DNA of 64,000 nt from the IMG/VR virus record IMGVR_UViG_3300047323_000675. One strand, written 5' to 3'. Below are positions 1-10,335 of the stretch, piece by piece. The position numbers and the translations under genes are program-made. The notes beneath the pieces were generated by a model. The model made no database searches. It saw only the letters and a list, made by a program, of their open reading frames with translations, and was not told the DNA's origin. The stretch is from a virus. Numbering within the stretch: the stretch's first letter is position 1; every line of letters begins with the position of its first letter.

Positions 1-16
1 ATCCAATATTACTGAT

Positions 17-538
17 ATGAGTGAAATGTTTAAGAATTCACAATTTAATGGCAATATCTCTAAATGGAATGTCTCTAAAGTAAAAAATATGAATGACATG
101 TTTCACAATTGTTCATTTAATGGAGACATTAGTAGATGGGATGTGTCAAGTGTTGAAGACATGACTAGTATGTTTTATGCTTCAGATTTTAATAGTGATA
201 TAAGTCAATGGAATGTTTGCAATGTAAAACATATGTATCATATGTTTTGTGAATCTCATTTTAATGTTGATATATCTAAATGGGATGTAAGTAATGTTGA
301 AGAAATGAGTTATATGTTTATGTACTCTAATTTTGATAAAGATTTATCCAACTGGAAGCCATTTAAAGCGGAGAAAATAATACAAATTGTGGACACAACT
401 AATGCACCAATTCCATACTGGGCTTTGATTGAAGATAAAGAAAAAAGAATAAATGCTATTAATAATTATTGGTTGAAAAAAGAATTGGATATAAATTTAG
501 ACTCTAATCTAATTTTTGACAGAAAAATGAAATTATAA
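17..538 (+). CDS. DUF285/BspA-like repeat protein (5' partial), carries C-terminal tail
   Basis: ~22-aa repeats such as ISKWNVSKVKNMNDMF; frame is open back to nt 2, so the gene starts upstream of the window; ends KKELDINL..RKMKL. Confidence 0.8.
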   Translation: MSEMFKNSQFNGNISKWNVSKVKNMNDMFHNCSFNGDISRWDVSSVEDMTSMFYASDFNSDISQWNVCNVKHMYHMFCESHFNVDISKWDVSNVEEMSYMFMYSNFDKDLSNWKPFKAEKIIQIVDTTNAPIPYWALIEDKEKRINAINNYWLKKELDINLDSNLIFDRKMKL

Positions 539-539
539 A

Positions 540-564
540 AAAAGGCACTTTATAAGTGCCTTTT
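540..564. terminator. Bidirectional intrinsic terminator
   Basis: AAAAGGCACTT-tat-AAGTGCCTTTT between convergent genes. Confidence 0.85.
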
Positions 565-579
565 TATTTACTTGTTATT

Positions 580-1017
580 TCATTTTACTACTGCTCTCCA
601 ACTATAATTTTGACCTTTGCTGAGCCAATAATCACGCATTTTTATCCAAAAGTAGATAGGTAAAATTAAAAATGAGATTCCACCGAAAATAAACAAACCA
701 ACTATATTTAATACATTGCCAGTAACTCTATTGATACCTAATAAAGTAAATAATGTATCTGAGGCTATAATAAACCAAATAAAATAAACAAACATTGAAA
801 TAATAAAAAGAATAAAGCCAATAAAAAATGTTCCAATGAATGCAGTAGTCCAACCCGATAGATGATTATGTAATGGTTCGCCTAATCCTATTATAGAACT
901 GATAACAAATAGTATTACAGCAATAAAACTAAAAACAAAAAACAATGTTGGATATAAAATTGTCCAATTAAAGTAATTCTTCCATTTATCATTTAATAGT
1001 ATTGATTGATTATCCAT
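580..1017 (-). CDS. Hypothetical membrane protein (~3 TM)
   Basis: 145-aa ORF with three long hydrophobic segments. Confidence 0.7.
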   Translation of the reverse strand: MDNQSILLNDKWKNYFNWTILYPTLFFVFSFIAVILFVISSIIGLGEPLHNHLSGWTTAFIGTFFIGFILFIISMFVYFIWFIIASDTLFTLLGINRVTGNVLNIVGLFIFGGISFLILPIYFWIKMRDYWLSKGQNYSWRAVVK

Positions 1018-1105
1018 TTAATTCATCCTTTTATTAATTATCTTTAATAATAACATAAATAATTATTTTTAAAAATTAATTTTTATGCTTAAGGAAAGAG
1101 ATGAA

Positions 1106-1133
1106 TTGTAAATCAAATTATATTATTTATAAT
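1106..1133 (+). promoter_or_regulatory. sigma70-like promoter of first ankyrin operon
   Basis: TTGTAA-N16-TATAAT, then GGAG RBS; same layout at 5186. Confidence 0.5.
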
Positions 1134-1153
1134 TAGTGAAGGAGAATAAGATT

Positions 1154-1537
1154 ATGAATGAAAAACAATATGGTGATTTAGAGAGTGATTCCGAGGAAGC
1201 ATTAAGTATTATTTTACAAACTTTATGTGTTACAGGTGATTTAGAAGCGATTAAGGAAAACTTAACTTCTAAAACTGCGAAAAATCATGGTAGTATATAT
1301 TATAATGATAATTTTCCTTTTCAATTATTGATGAATAAAAGACACCTTCATGTAATTGAATATTTAATATTTGATTATAAAATGGAAAAAACTCCAAGTT
1401 TAGAAAAATTATTAAATTTATATCAAGGTGATATGCCAAAAAAAGTTAATAATATGTTTAAAATTAGAGAGGTAAATGAATTGTCTCAAGAATTAACTAT
1501 GAATGTTGAAGAAAAAAATAAGAAGCCTAAATTATGA
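1154..1537 (+). CDS. Short ankyrin-family protein with tail
   Basis: YLIFDY C-cap, tail KNKKPKL; ATG at 1154 behind GGAG (track uses GTG 1136). Confidence 0.75.
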   Translation: MNEKQYGDLESDSEEALSIILQTLCVTGDLEAIKENLTSKTAKNHGSIYYNDNFPFQLLMNKRHLHVIEYLIFDYKMEKTPSLEKLLNLYQGDMPKKVNNMFKIREVNELSQELTMNVEEKNKKPKL

Positions 1538-2451
1538 TAGATGAAAAATTAGCAGAAAAATTTAATCAAATGTCTTTAAATGAATTATCTGATAAATTTT
1601 TAATTGAATGTAGCAGAGGTAACTTAGATAATGTTAAATATCTTTTAAGCTCTGCAAATAAAAAAGCTTTCTATTTATATCAATATATCAATGGTGGTTT
1701 TATAGAGGCTTGTAAAAATGGTCATTTTGAAATTGTAAAATTTTTAGTTATCTCAAAAGAATTAGAAACTTGTGCGGATATATCTTCAAGTGATGATTTA
1801 GCATTTCGTTATGCAGCAGCTAGAGGTCATAACGAAATTGTAAAATACCTTTTAACTTCAACTGAATTAGAAAAACATGCAAATATAAATGCTGAAGATA
1901 ATGAAGCATTTCGTATGGCTTGTCGTACTGGTAATTTAGAGCTTGTTAAATATTTATTAATCTCAACTGAATTAAAAGAACATGCCCAAATTAATGATAA
2001 TGGCAAATATGATTCTGGATTAATGTTAGCATGTCAAAAAGGTCATTTAGATGTAATAAGATATTTATTAACATCATCTGATTTAAAAAAGCATGCAAAT
2101 GTTGAGGAAGATAGCCAACGACCAATTTTTACTGCTGCTTATGAAGGTCACTTAGAAGTGGTAAAGTTTTTATTAAAATTACCTGAATTAGAGAATAATA
2201 TTAATATAGAGCAGATTAAAAAAGCTACTTTTGCTTCTGCATTAAATAATAATCAAATAAATGTTTTAAAATATTTTATTTTTGATTTAAATATTCCTAA
2301 AGATGATTATGTTGATGACTGTTTTAGAAATTGCTCTGATAGTGAAATTAAAAAAACTTTAAAGGAGTGGTTTGATATAAGAGAGTTGAGTCAAGAGCTT
2401 GATAGGGATTTAGAAAATAATCAAACCATAAATAAAAAGGTTAAATTATGA
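1534..2451 (+). CDS. Ankyrin-repeat protein with tail
   Basis: GHxEIVKYLLTS repeats, YFIFDL cap, tail NKKVKL. Confidence 0.85.
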   Translation: MIDEKLAEKFNQMSLNELSDKFLIECSRGNLDNVKYLLSSANKKAFYLYQYINGGFIEACKNGHFEIVKFLVISKELETCADISSSDDLAFRYAAARGHNEIVKYLLTSTELEKHANINAEDNEAFRMACRTGNLELVKYLLISTELKEHAQINDNGKYDSGLMLACQKGHLDVIRYLLTSSDLKKHANVEEDSQRPIFTAAYEGHLEVVKFLLKLPELENNINIEQIKKATFASALNNNQINVLKYFIFDLNIPKDDYVDDCFRNCSDSEIKKTLKEWFDIRELSQELDRDLENNQTINKKVKL

Positions 2452-3365
2452 TAGATGAAGAATTAGCCGAAAAATTTAGAAAAATGTCTGATTCTGAATG
2501 TTCTAATCAATTTATTGAAGAATGTAAGAATGGTAATTTAGACAATATTAAATATCTTTTATTTTCTGAAGATATCAAGAATTTTGATTTATCTAAATAT
2601 ATTAATGCTGGTTTTTCTGAGGCTTGTCGAAATGGGAATTTTGAAGTTATAAAGTATTTAACCACTTCATCGGATTTAAAAGAAAAATTTGATATAGCTA
2701 TAAATTATAATCTTTTATTTCGTTTAGCTGCTACTTATGGGCATAATGAAATTGTAAAATATTTATTAACATCATCAGATTTAAAAGAACATGCAAACAT
2801 ACATGCTTCAAATGAGGAAGCTTTCCGCTTAGCTTGTCGTTTTGGGCACCTATCTATTGTAAAGTATTTATTAACATCACCAGAACTTAAAGAACATGCA
2901 GAGATAAATGACAGTGGAAAAAATTATTCTGGATTAGTAATGGCTTGTCAAAAAGGTGAATTAGAAATAATAAAATATTTATTAACTTCTCCCGATTTAA
3001 AACAACATGCAAATATAAATGAAAATAATAATCTTCCAATTTCTTCTGCTGCTTATGAAGGCCAATTGGAGACAGTAAAATTTTTATTTAGTTTACTAAA
3101 ATTGAGAAACGATACAAATATAGAAGAAATAAAAAAATCCACTTTTTCTTTTGCATTAAATAACAACAAAATAGATATTTTAAAATTTTTTATTTTTGAC
3201 TTAAACATGCCTAAAGATGATTATATTAGTAATCTAATTAAATCTCATTCTAATCATGAAACAAAAAAAACTGTAAATGAATTTTTTAATATTAGAAAAT
3301 TAAACCAAGAACTTCATAAAGATTTAGAGAATAATGTATCTACAAGTAAAAAGGTTAAATTATGA
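2448..3365 (+). CDS. Ankyrin-repeat protein with tail
   Basis: Close paralog of 1534; tail SKKVKL. Confidence 0.85.
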   Translation: MIDEELAEKFRKMSDSECSNQFIEECKNGNLDNIKYLLFSEDIKNFDLSKYINAGFSEACRNGNFEVIKYLTTSSDLKEKFDIAINYNLLFRLAATYGHNEIVKYLLTSSDLKEHANIHASNEEAFRLACRFGHLSIVKYLLTSPELKEHAEINDSGKNYSGLVMACQKGELEIIKYLLTSPDLKQHANINENNNLPISSAAYEGQLETVKFLFSLLKLRNDTNIEEIKKSTFSFALNNNKIDILKFFIFDLNMPKDDYISNLIKSHSNHETKKTVNEFFNIRKLNQELHKDLENNVSTSKKVKL

Positions 3366-4294
3366 TAGATAAGGAAATCGCTGAACATTATAGAAGATTA
3401 TCTTATTATGGTATTTCAGAACAATTTTTATTAGATTGCAAAAATGGTGACTTAGATAAGGTTAGATATACTTTACTATCACCAGAAATGAAGCATATTA
3501 ATGTATTATTATCGGTTGATGATGGTTTTATTGAAGCTTGTAAAAATGGTCATTTTGAACTTGTTAAATTTTTTGCTGCATCAAAAGAATTAAAAGTAAA
3601 TGCAGATATATCTAAAGGTGATTGTGCTGGATTTCGTTTAGCCGCAGGTAACGGTTATAATGATATTGCTAAGTATCTTTTAACATCTCCTGATTTAAAG
3701 AAACATGCTGACATACATGCTTTAGATGAAGAAGCTTTTCGTTTAGCCTGTTATCATGGAAACTTACCATTAGTAAGGTATTTATTGACATCACCTGAAT
3801 TAAAAGAACATGCAAAAATTAAAGAATCAGGAAAAAATTATTCAGGATTATTGTTTGCTTGTCAGCGAGGTCAGTTAGAAATAGTAAAGTATTTATTGAC
3901 ATCAACTGAATTAGAAAAAAATGCAGATATTACTGAAAATCATGGTAGTGCATTTTATGCTGCTGCATCTAACGGACAAATAGAAGTATTGAAATATTTA
4001 CTGACTTCATCTGATGTAAAACAACATTCAGATTTAAATTTTAGGAATAGTGCTGTTTTTACTTATGCATTAGAAAATGATTATATAGATATAGTAAAAT
4101 TTTTAATTTTTGATTTAAATATTGTTAGAACCCAAACTATTGATAAGCATTTAAAAAATATGCCTAATGAAGAAGTAGAGAATTTTTTTAAAATTAGGGA
4201 CTTTAATCAAGAACTTAATAAAGAGTTAGATAATAATTTGAATCAAGAGCTTTCATGGAATGAAGAAACAACAAAAGGAAAATTAAAACTATGA
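3362..4294 (+). CDS. Ankyrin-repeat protein with tail
   Basis: Paralog of 1534/2448; duplicated NQEL in tail, ends KGKLKL. Confidence 0.85.
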   Translation: MIDKEIAEHYRRLSYYGISEQFLLDCKNGDLDKVRYTLLSPEMKHINVLLSVDDGFIEACKNGHFELVKFFAASKELKVNADISKGDCAGFRLAAGNGYNDIAKYLLTSPDLKKHADIHALDEEAFRLACYHGNLPLVRYLLTSPELKEHAKIKESGKNYSGLLFACQRGQLEIVKYLLTSTELEKNADITENHGSAFYAAASNGQIEVLKYLLTSSDVKQHSDLNFRNSAVFTYALENDYIDIVKFLIFDLNIVRTQTIDKHLKNMPNEEVENFFKIRDFNQELNKELDNNLNQELSWNEETTKGKLKL

Positions 4295-4450
4295 TAGATA
4301 AATAAAAGGTAAATTAATAATTTTCAATTGTATTCCCTTTATAATTAATACAGTTATTTTATTTTATCTTATACTATTGAATTCAAATGTATATATATTG
4401 TTATTTAGTTTTTAATAGATATAATAGTCATAATTAAAAAATAAATATTT

Positions 4451-5149
4451 ATGGAAAATTTAGAGTTATATAACAAATATAATGGTTGCTCATCCAATAC
4501 TTTAACAAGCGAATTAATTAGTCTATGTGAGCAAGGTAATCTAGAAGCTGTAAAATATGTTTTAACTTCTAAAGATTTAGAGCATCATGCAAAGATAGAA
4601 TCCTATGATTATGCTGCATTACACAATGCTTGTGAGCATGGACATTTAGATATTGTCAAATATCTACTTACCTCACCTGATTTAAAAGAAAAAGCAAATA
4701 TTAATGCTCATACTGGTCATAGTAGTGTTTTAAGTGCAGCTTGTAGAAGTGGAAATTTAGCACTTGTTAGTTATTTATTAGCCTCACCTGATTTAAAAGA
4801 ACATATTAATATTCATACTGATAAAGATGCAGCAATGCAATGGGCAATTATTGGTGATGATATAGAATTAGTAAAACATTTGCTATTTTCTCCTGAATTA
4901 AAAGAACATATAAAAATTCATGACAACTATGATAAAGCATTTGAAACAGCTTTAAGAGCCAATAAACAAGATATATTGCATTATTTTATTTTCGATTTAA
5001 ATATTGAAAAGACAGAAGATATTGATGGTTACTTATATGAGTTTGGAAAATGGGATGTAAAGGATATGTTTAAAAAGCGCGAATTAAAAGAAGACTTAGA
5101 TAACGAACTTTCTGTTAAGAATAATCAAATTAAACCAAATAAGATTTGA
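4451..5149 (+). CDS. Ankyrin-repeat protein with tail
   Basis: GHLDIVKYLLTSPDLKE repeats; tail IKPNKI. Confidence 0.85.
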   Translation: MENLELYNKYNGCSSNTLTSELISLCEQGNLEAVKYVLTSKDLEHHAKIESYDYAALHNACEHGHLDIVKYLLTSPDLKEKANINAHTGHSSVLSAACRSGNLALVSYLLASPDLKEHINIHTDKDAAMQWAIIGDDIELVKHLLFSPELKEHIKIHDNYDKAFETALRANKQDILHYFIFDLNIEKTEDIDGYLYEFGKWDVKDMFKKRELKEDLDNELSVKNNQIKPNKI

Positions 5150-5160
5150 TCTTTAAGATT

Positions 5161-5182
5161 AAACGGCAATAAGCCGTTTTTT
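5161..5182 (+). terminator. Intrinsic terminator
   Basis: AAACGGC-aataa-GCCGTTT plus T tract. Confidence 0.75.
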
Positions 5183-5185
5183 ATT

Positions 5186-5213
5186 TTGTAAATCAATAAA
5201 TCTTATTTATAAT
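5186..5213 (+). promoter_or_regulatory. sigma70-like promoter of the long ankyrin operon
   Basis: TTGTAA-N16-TATAAT, similar to 1106-1133. Confidence 0.5.
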
Positions 5214-5242
5214 AATGATAAGAAAGATACAAGGTATAAATT

Positions 5243-5647
5243 ATGTGGGGTGAATATTATAATTCTAAACAAAATGAAGAGCCTTTTTCAGATTATGCTA
5301 ATGCTGATCAAAAACAACTGAATGGTTTTTTAAAAGTTATGTGTATCTATGAATCATTACCACATATAAAATATTTATTAGAATCACCTTTATTAAGAAT
5401 ACATGCTGATTTCCATGCTGATAATGATGAAGCATTTAAATGTTTACAGAATTGTGATTTAAAAATAATTAAATACTTAATTTTTGATTATGGGCTTAAA
5501 ACTAATGAAAACATAGAGAAAATCTTAGATAATTCTGATACTGATTTTGCGATGGCAGTAAGAAATATGTTTAAGCTCAGAGATTATCAAGTATTAAATA
5601 CGGAATTACCTGCTAATGAAATTAAAGTTAAAAAGAATAAGGTATAA
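5243..5647 (+). CDS. Short ankyrin-family protein with tail
   Basis: IKYLLESPLLRIHADFHA unit, YLIFDY cap, tail VKKNKV. Confidence 0.75.
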   Translation: MWGEYYNSKQNEEPFSDYANADQKQLNGFLKVMCIYESLPHIKYLLESPLLRIHADFHADNDEAFKCLQNCDLKIIKYLIFDYGLKTNENIEKILDNSDTDFAMAVRNMFKLRDYQVLNTELPANEIKVKKNKV

Positions 5648-6031
5648 ATGATGAGTAAATATGGTGTAGGCTATAACACACTAACACAAGAAGAATTAAA
5701 CGAGATGTTTAGTAGAATGTGTTTTTATGAAGACTTTAATGAAGTTAAATATATATTAACTTCACCAGATATAAAGCTTCGTCCTAACTTAAATTTTAAA
5801 CTTGATGAACCATTTGCATTTTTATTAGAAGATAAAAATTTAGAAATATTACAATATTTAATAATTGAACATAATATGGAAAAGACAAAAAATATTGTTG
5901 AAATAATGCAAAAGAATGAAAGTGAATTTATTCAGCAAGTAGAAGAATTATTTAACATAAGAGATTTAAAATGTTCATTAGATAACGAGTTAGTTAAAAA
6001 TGATGGTAATGTTAGGAAGGCTAAAATATGA
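5648..6031 (+). CDS. Short ankyrin-family protein with tail
   Basis: VKYILTSPD unit; tail VRKAKI. Confidence 0.75.
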   Translation: MMSKYGVGYNTLTQEELNEMFSRMCFYEDFNEVKYILTSPDIKLRPNLNFKLDEPFAFLLEDKNLEILQYLIIEHNMEKTKNIVEIMQKNESEFIQQVEELFNIRDLKCSLDNELVKNDGNVRKAKI

Positions 6032-6717
6032 ATGATCCTTTTTTATATGAACAATATAAAAATCTAAATAAAGAGCAATTAACAGAAGAATTAATTGAAG
6101 CATGTAGGAAGGGTGATTTGGATGTGGTTAAATATTTATTGAATTCAAAGGATTTAATTGAGCATGCAGATATAAATGGATTTATAAGCTCTCCATTGCT
6201 GTGTGCTTGTGAATATGGGCATTTAGAAGTAGTAAAGTATTTGTTAACATCTAACGAACTACAAGAACATGCTACAATTAATAATTTATTTAATCCATTG
6301 ATTCCAGCTTGCAGGGATGGTCATTTAGATATTGTAAAATATTTACTGATATCTCCTGAATTAAAAAACCAAATAGATATCCATGTTCAAAATGATGCTC
6401 CTTTTGCTTGGGCATGTATAAGAGGTCATTTAAATGTTATTAAATATTTATTAACCTCGCCTGAATTAGAAGAACATATAGAACTTCATTCCCATAATGA
6501 TACAGGTTTTAAATCAGCCATACAAGGTAATCAATTAGAAGTGATTCGTTATTTTATCTTTGATTTAAATATGGAAAAGAGTGCATGTGTACAGCAATAT
6601 TTAAAAGAAAATCCTAATGAAGATATAGATAAAATGTTTGAAATGAGAAGTTTAAATAAATCTTTAAGTCATGAGCTTATTTCTCATGAAAATGAATTTA
6701 GGAAACATAAATTATGA
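6028..6717 (+). CDS. Ankyrin-repeat protein with tail
   Basis: GHLEVVKYLLTS repeats; tail FRKHKL. Confidence 0.85.
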   Translation: MNDPFLYEQYKNLNKEQLTEELIEACRKGDLDVVKYLLNSKDLIEHADINGFISSPLLCACEYGHLEVVKYLLTSNELQEHATINNLFNPLIPACRDGHLDIVKYLLISPELKNQIDIHVQNDAPFAWACIRGHLNVIKYLLTSPELEEHIELHSHNDTGFKSAIQGNQLEVIRYFIFDLNMEKSACVQQYLKENPNEDIDKMFEMRSLNKSLSHELISHENEFRKHKL

Positions 6718-7286
6718 GGAATCCTATTTTATATGAAAAATTTAAAAATGAAGATATAGATGATGCTTTTATTGATGCATGCCAGGATGGTAATTTTGAA
6801 GAAGTAAAATATTTGTTAAATTCTCATGATTTAGTAAAAAATGCTGATATTCATGCATATGATGATTTAGGATTTAGAAAAGCTTGTGCTAGGGGACATC
6901 TTGATATAGCTAGATATTTATTAACATCACCTGAGTTAGAGGAACATGCAGATATGAATGCATGTGAGAATGAATCTTTAAAAGTAAATTCAACAAATGG
7001 AAATTTATATAGTGTTAAATTTATGACTTCTCCTGAGTTCAAAGATAAGCTTAAGTTAGATGGTGTATTAGAATTCTTTTTTAAGTATGTTAATCAGAAA
7101 AATGTACATGTTGCTCATTATTTTATCTTTGATTTAAATATTGAAAGAACAGAAAGTATTAACAAAATTTTAAAAGATTATCCTGATAGTAAATTAGAGA
7201 AAGCATTTGCTTTAAGAGATTTGAATAAAGAATTAAATACAGAATTAAGTATTAATAAAGAAATCCCAAAGAAGGTTAAGATATGA
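6714..7286 (+). CDS. Ankyrin-repeat protein with tail
   Basis: GHLDIARYLLTSPELEEHA; tail PKKVKI. Confidence 0.8.
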   Translation: MRNPILYEKFKNEDIDDAFIDACQDGNFEEVKYLLNSHDLVKNADIHAYDDLGFRKACARGHLDIARYLLTSPELEEHADMNACENESLKVNSTNGNLYSVKFMTSPEFKDKLKLDGVLEFFFKYVNQKNVHVAHYFIFDLNIERTESINKILKDYPDSKLEKAFALRDLNKELNTELSINKEIPKKVKI

Positions 7287-7783
7287 TTAATTATTACGAA
7301 GAATTTAAAGGCTTAAAGAAAGATGAGTTAATTCTTAGGTTAAATGAGAGTTTATTAGATGCATGCACACATGGTGATTTAGATAAGATTAAATATATTT
7401 TAACTTCTCCAGAATTGGAGTATCATGGTGATATCCATTATAAGAAGGATTCTCCACTTTCTTTGGCTGTTTTTTCAAGGAAACTTGAAATTGTGAAATA
7501 TTTATTATCATCACCTGATTTAAAAGAACATGCGAATTTACATGCCGATGGTGATAATGCTTTTTTATGTGCAGCTTATTATAATCATTCCGATATAGTC
7601 AATTATTTTATTTTTGATTTTAAAATTGAAAAAAGTACATCTATTGTAAAAGATCTAGCAGATACACCAAATATAGAGCAAAAAATAAACAAATTGTTTG
7701 AAATAAGAGATTTAAATCAAGAAATAAATGCAGAGCTTACAGAAAAAGATAATAAAGAAAAGCAAAAGAAGGCTAAATTATGA
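7283..7783 (+). CDS. Ankyrin-repeat protein with tail
   Basis: GDLDKIKYILTSPE; tail QKKAKL. Confidence 0.8.
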   Translation: MINYYEEFKGLKKDELILRLNESLLDACTHGDLDKIKYILTSPELEYHGDIHYKKDSPLSLAVFSRKLEIVKYLLSSPDLKEHANLHADGDNAFLCAAYYNHSDIVNYFIFDFKIEKSTSIVKDLADTPNIEQKINKLFEIRDLNQEINAELTEKDNKEKQKKAKL

Positions 7784-8622
7784 GTAATTTTACTAATGAA
7801 GAAATTTTTAAGGAATTAGAAGGAAGGACTTTATCCGGCTTTCTTAAAGAATTATGTCTTAAAAATGATTTTGACAAGTTCAAATACATTTTTGAATCAG
7901 ATATGTTGGAAGAACATTTTGGAATAAGGAAAAGTGAACATTTAAGCGATACTTTGGAAGAGATAGAAAGAATTATATTAGATTCGGATTTAATAAAAAA
8001 ATGTTGTGAAGTAGATGCTGTAGAAATATTGGAATATATCTTAGCTTATTGTTATGGTTCAAATGCATTTCATTTAGAAGATTTACAATCTCAAATTGAT
8101 GATGCTGTATCAGTATGTTGCCGTTATGGATCATTAAAATCTCTAGACTATATTTTGAATTCAGAAAAAATTACAATTAATGGAAAAATTGAAGGTGATT
8201 ATCTATTTATGTATGCTTTTGAAAATAATCATTTAGATGTAGTTGAATATTTACTGAATTCTCCCAAAGCAGAAAATATAAAAAATGAATCAATTAAAAG
8301 TGGTCAATTATTAAAAAATGCATGTGCATATGGTAACTTAGATGCAATTAAATTTGTTTTTAATGCACCACAATTAAAAGATAAAATAGACATTCATGTT
8401 AATAAAGATGATTGCTTTAGAATATTAGCAAGACAGAACAAAGAAGAGATACTTAATTATTTTATATTTGAATTAGAATTAAATCGAACAAAATATATTG
8501 ATAATTATTTAAAAGTGAACCAAAGAAAAGATATAGATTCAATGTTTGAAGCAAGAGACTTACAAAAAGAACTTAATAACGAACTAAAAGATAATAAAAG
8601 TGAAAAAAAACCTAAAATATGA
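7780..8622 (+). CDS. Divergent ankyrin-repeat protein with tail
   Basis: NHLDVVEYLL, GNLDAIKFV; YFIFEL cap; tail EKKPKI. Confidence 0.8.
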   Translation: MSNFTNEEIFKELEGRTLSGFLKELCLKNDFDKFKYIFESDMLEEHFGIRKSEHLSDTLEEIERIILDSDLIKKCCEVDAVEILEYILAYCYGSNAFHLEDLQSQIDDAVSVCCRYGSLKSLDYILNSEKITINGKIEGDYLFMYAFENNHLDVVEYLLNSPKAENIKNESIKSGQLLKNACAYGNLDAIKFVFNAPQLKDKIDIHVNKDDCFRILARQNKEEILNYFIFELELNRTKYIDNYLKVNQRKDIDSMFEARDLQKELNNELKDNKSEKKPKI

Positions 8623-9044
8623 TTCATCCTACTATAAATAAAGAAAATAAAACACCTGAAGAAATAGCTCAAGAGGAAGTAGATTTATATTTTATCAGGA
8701 TGTGTTATTCCTGTGATTTTGAGCATATAAAATACTTATTGACCTCACCTGAATTACAAAGACATGCAAATGTTCATGCACAGAATGATAAAGGATTTGC
8801 AAATATTCTAGATGATTTACTAGAAGCAAGAATTCAAAATTGTTCTGATAGAACAACTGAGATTATGCAATATTTAATTTTTGATTTTAATATTGAAAAA
8901 ACAAAAGATATTGAAAAAATTTTAATTAGCAGAGGTGAATTAGGTGTAAAATATTTAAAAATGTTTGAACAGCGTGAACTAAATAATATATTAAAATCTG
9001 AATTAATAGAAAATAATGATAACCCCAAAAAAACTAAAATATGA
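8619..9044 (+). CDS. Short ankyrin-family protein with tail
   Basis: HIKYLLTSPELQRHANVHA; tail PKKTKI. Confidence 0.75.
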   Translation: MIHPTINKENKTPEEIAQEEVDLYFIRMCYSCDFEHIKYLLTSPELQRHANVHAQNDKGFANILDDLLEARIQNCSDRTTEIMQYLIFDFNIEKTKDIEKILISRGELGVKYLKMFEQRELNNILKSELIENNDNPKKTKI

Positions 9045-9451
9045 GTATAAAAAATAGTGATTATTCAAAATATAAAAATGCCACACAAAAAGAATTAGAT
9101 AAGGCATTTCTCCATAGTTGTATCTATACAAAATTTGATCATATAAAATATTTACTAACTTCACCAGAATTAAAAAGACATGCAAATGTGCATACAAATG
9201 AAGACTTAGGTTTTGCTCATCTTATGGGAAACAAAGAAAAAGCTAGAGATATTATTACATATCTTATATTTGATTTTAATATTGAAAAAACTTCAACTAT
9301 TGAAGAGATATTAGAGTATGAAATGGACTCATTAGAATTAATAAATTTAACTAAAGATATAAAAAGAATGTTTGAACAAAGAGAATTAAATCAAGAATTA
9401 GATTCTATATTAGTAAAAAATGATAAACATTTTAAAAAGATAAAGATATGA
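9041..9451 (+). CDS. Short ankyrin-family protein with tail
   Basis: Close paralog of 8619; tail FKKIKI. Confidence 0.75.
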   Translation: MSIKNSDYSKYKNATQKELDKAFLHSCIYTKFDHIKYLLTSPELKRHANVHTNEDLGFAHLMGNKEKARDIITYLIFDFNIEKTSTIEEILEYEMDSLELINLTKDIKRMFEQRELNQELDSILVKNDKHFKKIKI

Positions 9452-10335
9452 ATGATTTTGAAAAACTTAAACATTTAGATGCTTTTGTATTTAATCTAAA
9501 ATTACATTCAGAGATTAGTGATGGAAATTTAGATTTGGTTAAATATGTTATCACTAAAATGGATGGTAGTGAAAGTAAAGTTAACTTTTTATTTGAAATT
9601 GCTTGTGGAGCAAATCAGGTAGCTATCATAGATTATTTGCTACATTCTGAAGAAGTGAAAAATAAAGCGAACATTAATATTAATCGTCATATGTCTTTTT
9701 TATTAGCATGTGAAAAAAGCTTAGAAGTTGTTAAGTTTTTAATACCTTTATTAGAATTTAAAGATGATGATGAAAAAGAATATGTTGCTAAACATGCCAT
9801 ATATAAATCATGTGAGGGTGGTAATCTAGAATTAGTTAAATATCTCTTATCTGAGAGTATTATAAATGATAATTTTAAGTTAACAGATAATTCCGAAGAA
9901 TTAAGTAATTTAGTTAATGTAGTTGCTGCAAAAGGAAAAATTGATATCTTTGAGTATTTATTAAATTTGGATAATAACAAAGAAATAATTTTAAGTTGTG
10001 ATCATGCATTAGAGGAAATAATTTTAAATTGTTTTATTGAAAGTCGTTTTGAAATGATTGAACATTTATTTAATCATAAAGAGCTTAGTAAGAATATAGA
10101 CCTTAATAAAGATAATGATTATTTATTTAATTTTCTTTGTGAACAAGGTGCTGATTATGAGATTGAATATTTAATTTTTGAATTAAAGATAAAGAGAACC
10201 GAAGAGATTAATAAAATAATAGAAAAAGAAGATTATTCCCATTATAAAGAAATGTTTGATAAAAGGGATTTGAATATTTTATTGAATGATGAACTTCAAA
10301 AGAATGATATTAATCAAAAAAGACCGAAATTATGA
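9448..10335 (+). CDS. Divergent ankyrin-repeat protein with tail
   Basis: GNLDLVKYV, GNLELVKYLL; tail QKRPKL. Confidence 0.8.
   Translation: MNDFEKLKHLDAFVFNLKLHSEISDGNLDLVKYVITKMDGSESKVNFLFEIACGANQVAIIDYLLHSEEVKNKANININRHMSFLLACEKSLEVVKFLIPLLEFKDDDEKEYVAKHAIYKSCEGGNLELVKYLLSESIINDNFKLTDNSEELSNLVNVVAAKGKIDIFEYLLNLDNNKEIILSCDHALEEIILNCFIESRFEMIEHLFNHKELSKNIDLNKDNDYLFNFLCEQGADYEIEYLIFELKIKRTEEINKIIEKEDYSHYKEMFDKRDLNILLNDELQKNDINQKRPKL

Noticed and set aside
4321-4450. Additional lux box in the spacer before 4451
   Set aside because: Only a TACAG half-site with wrong spacing.
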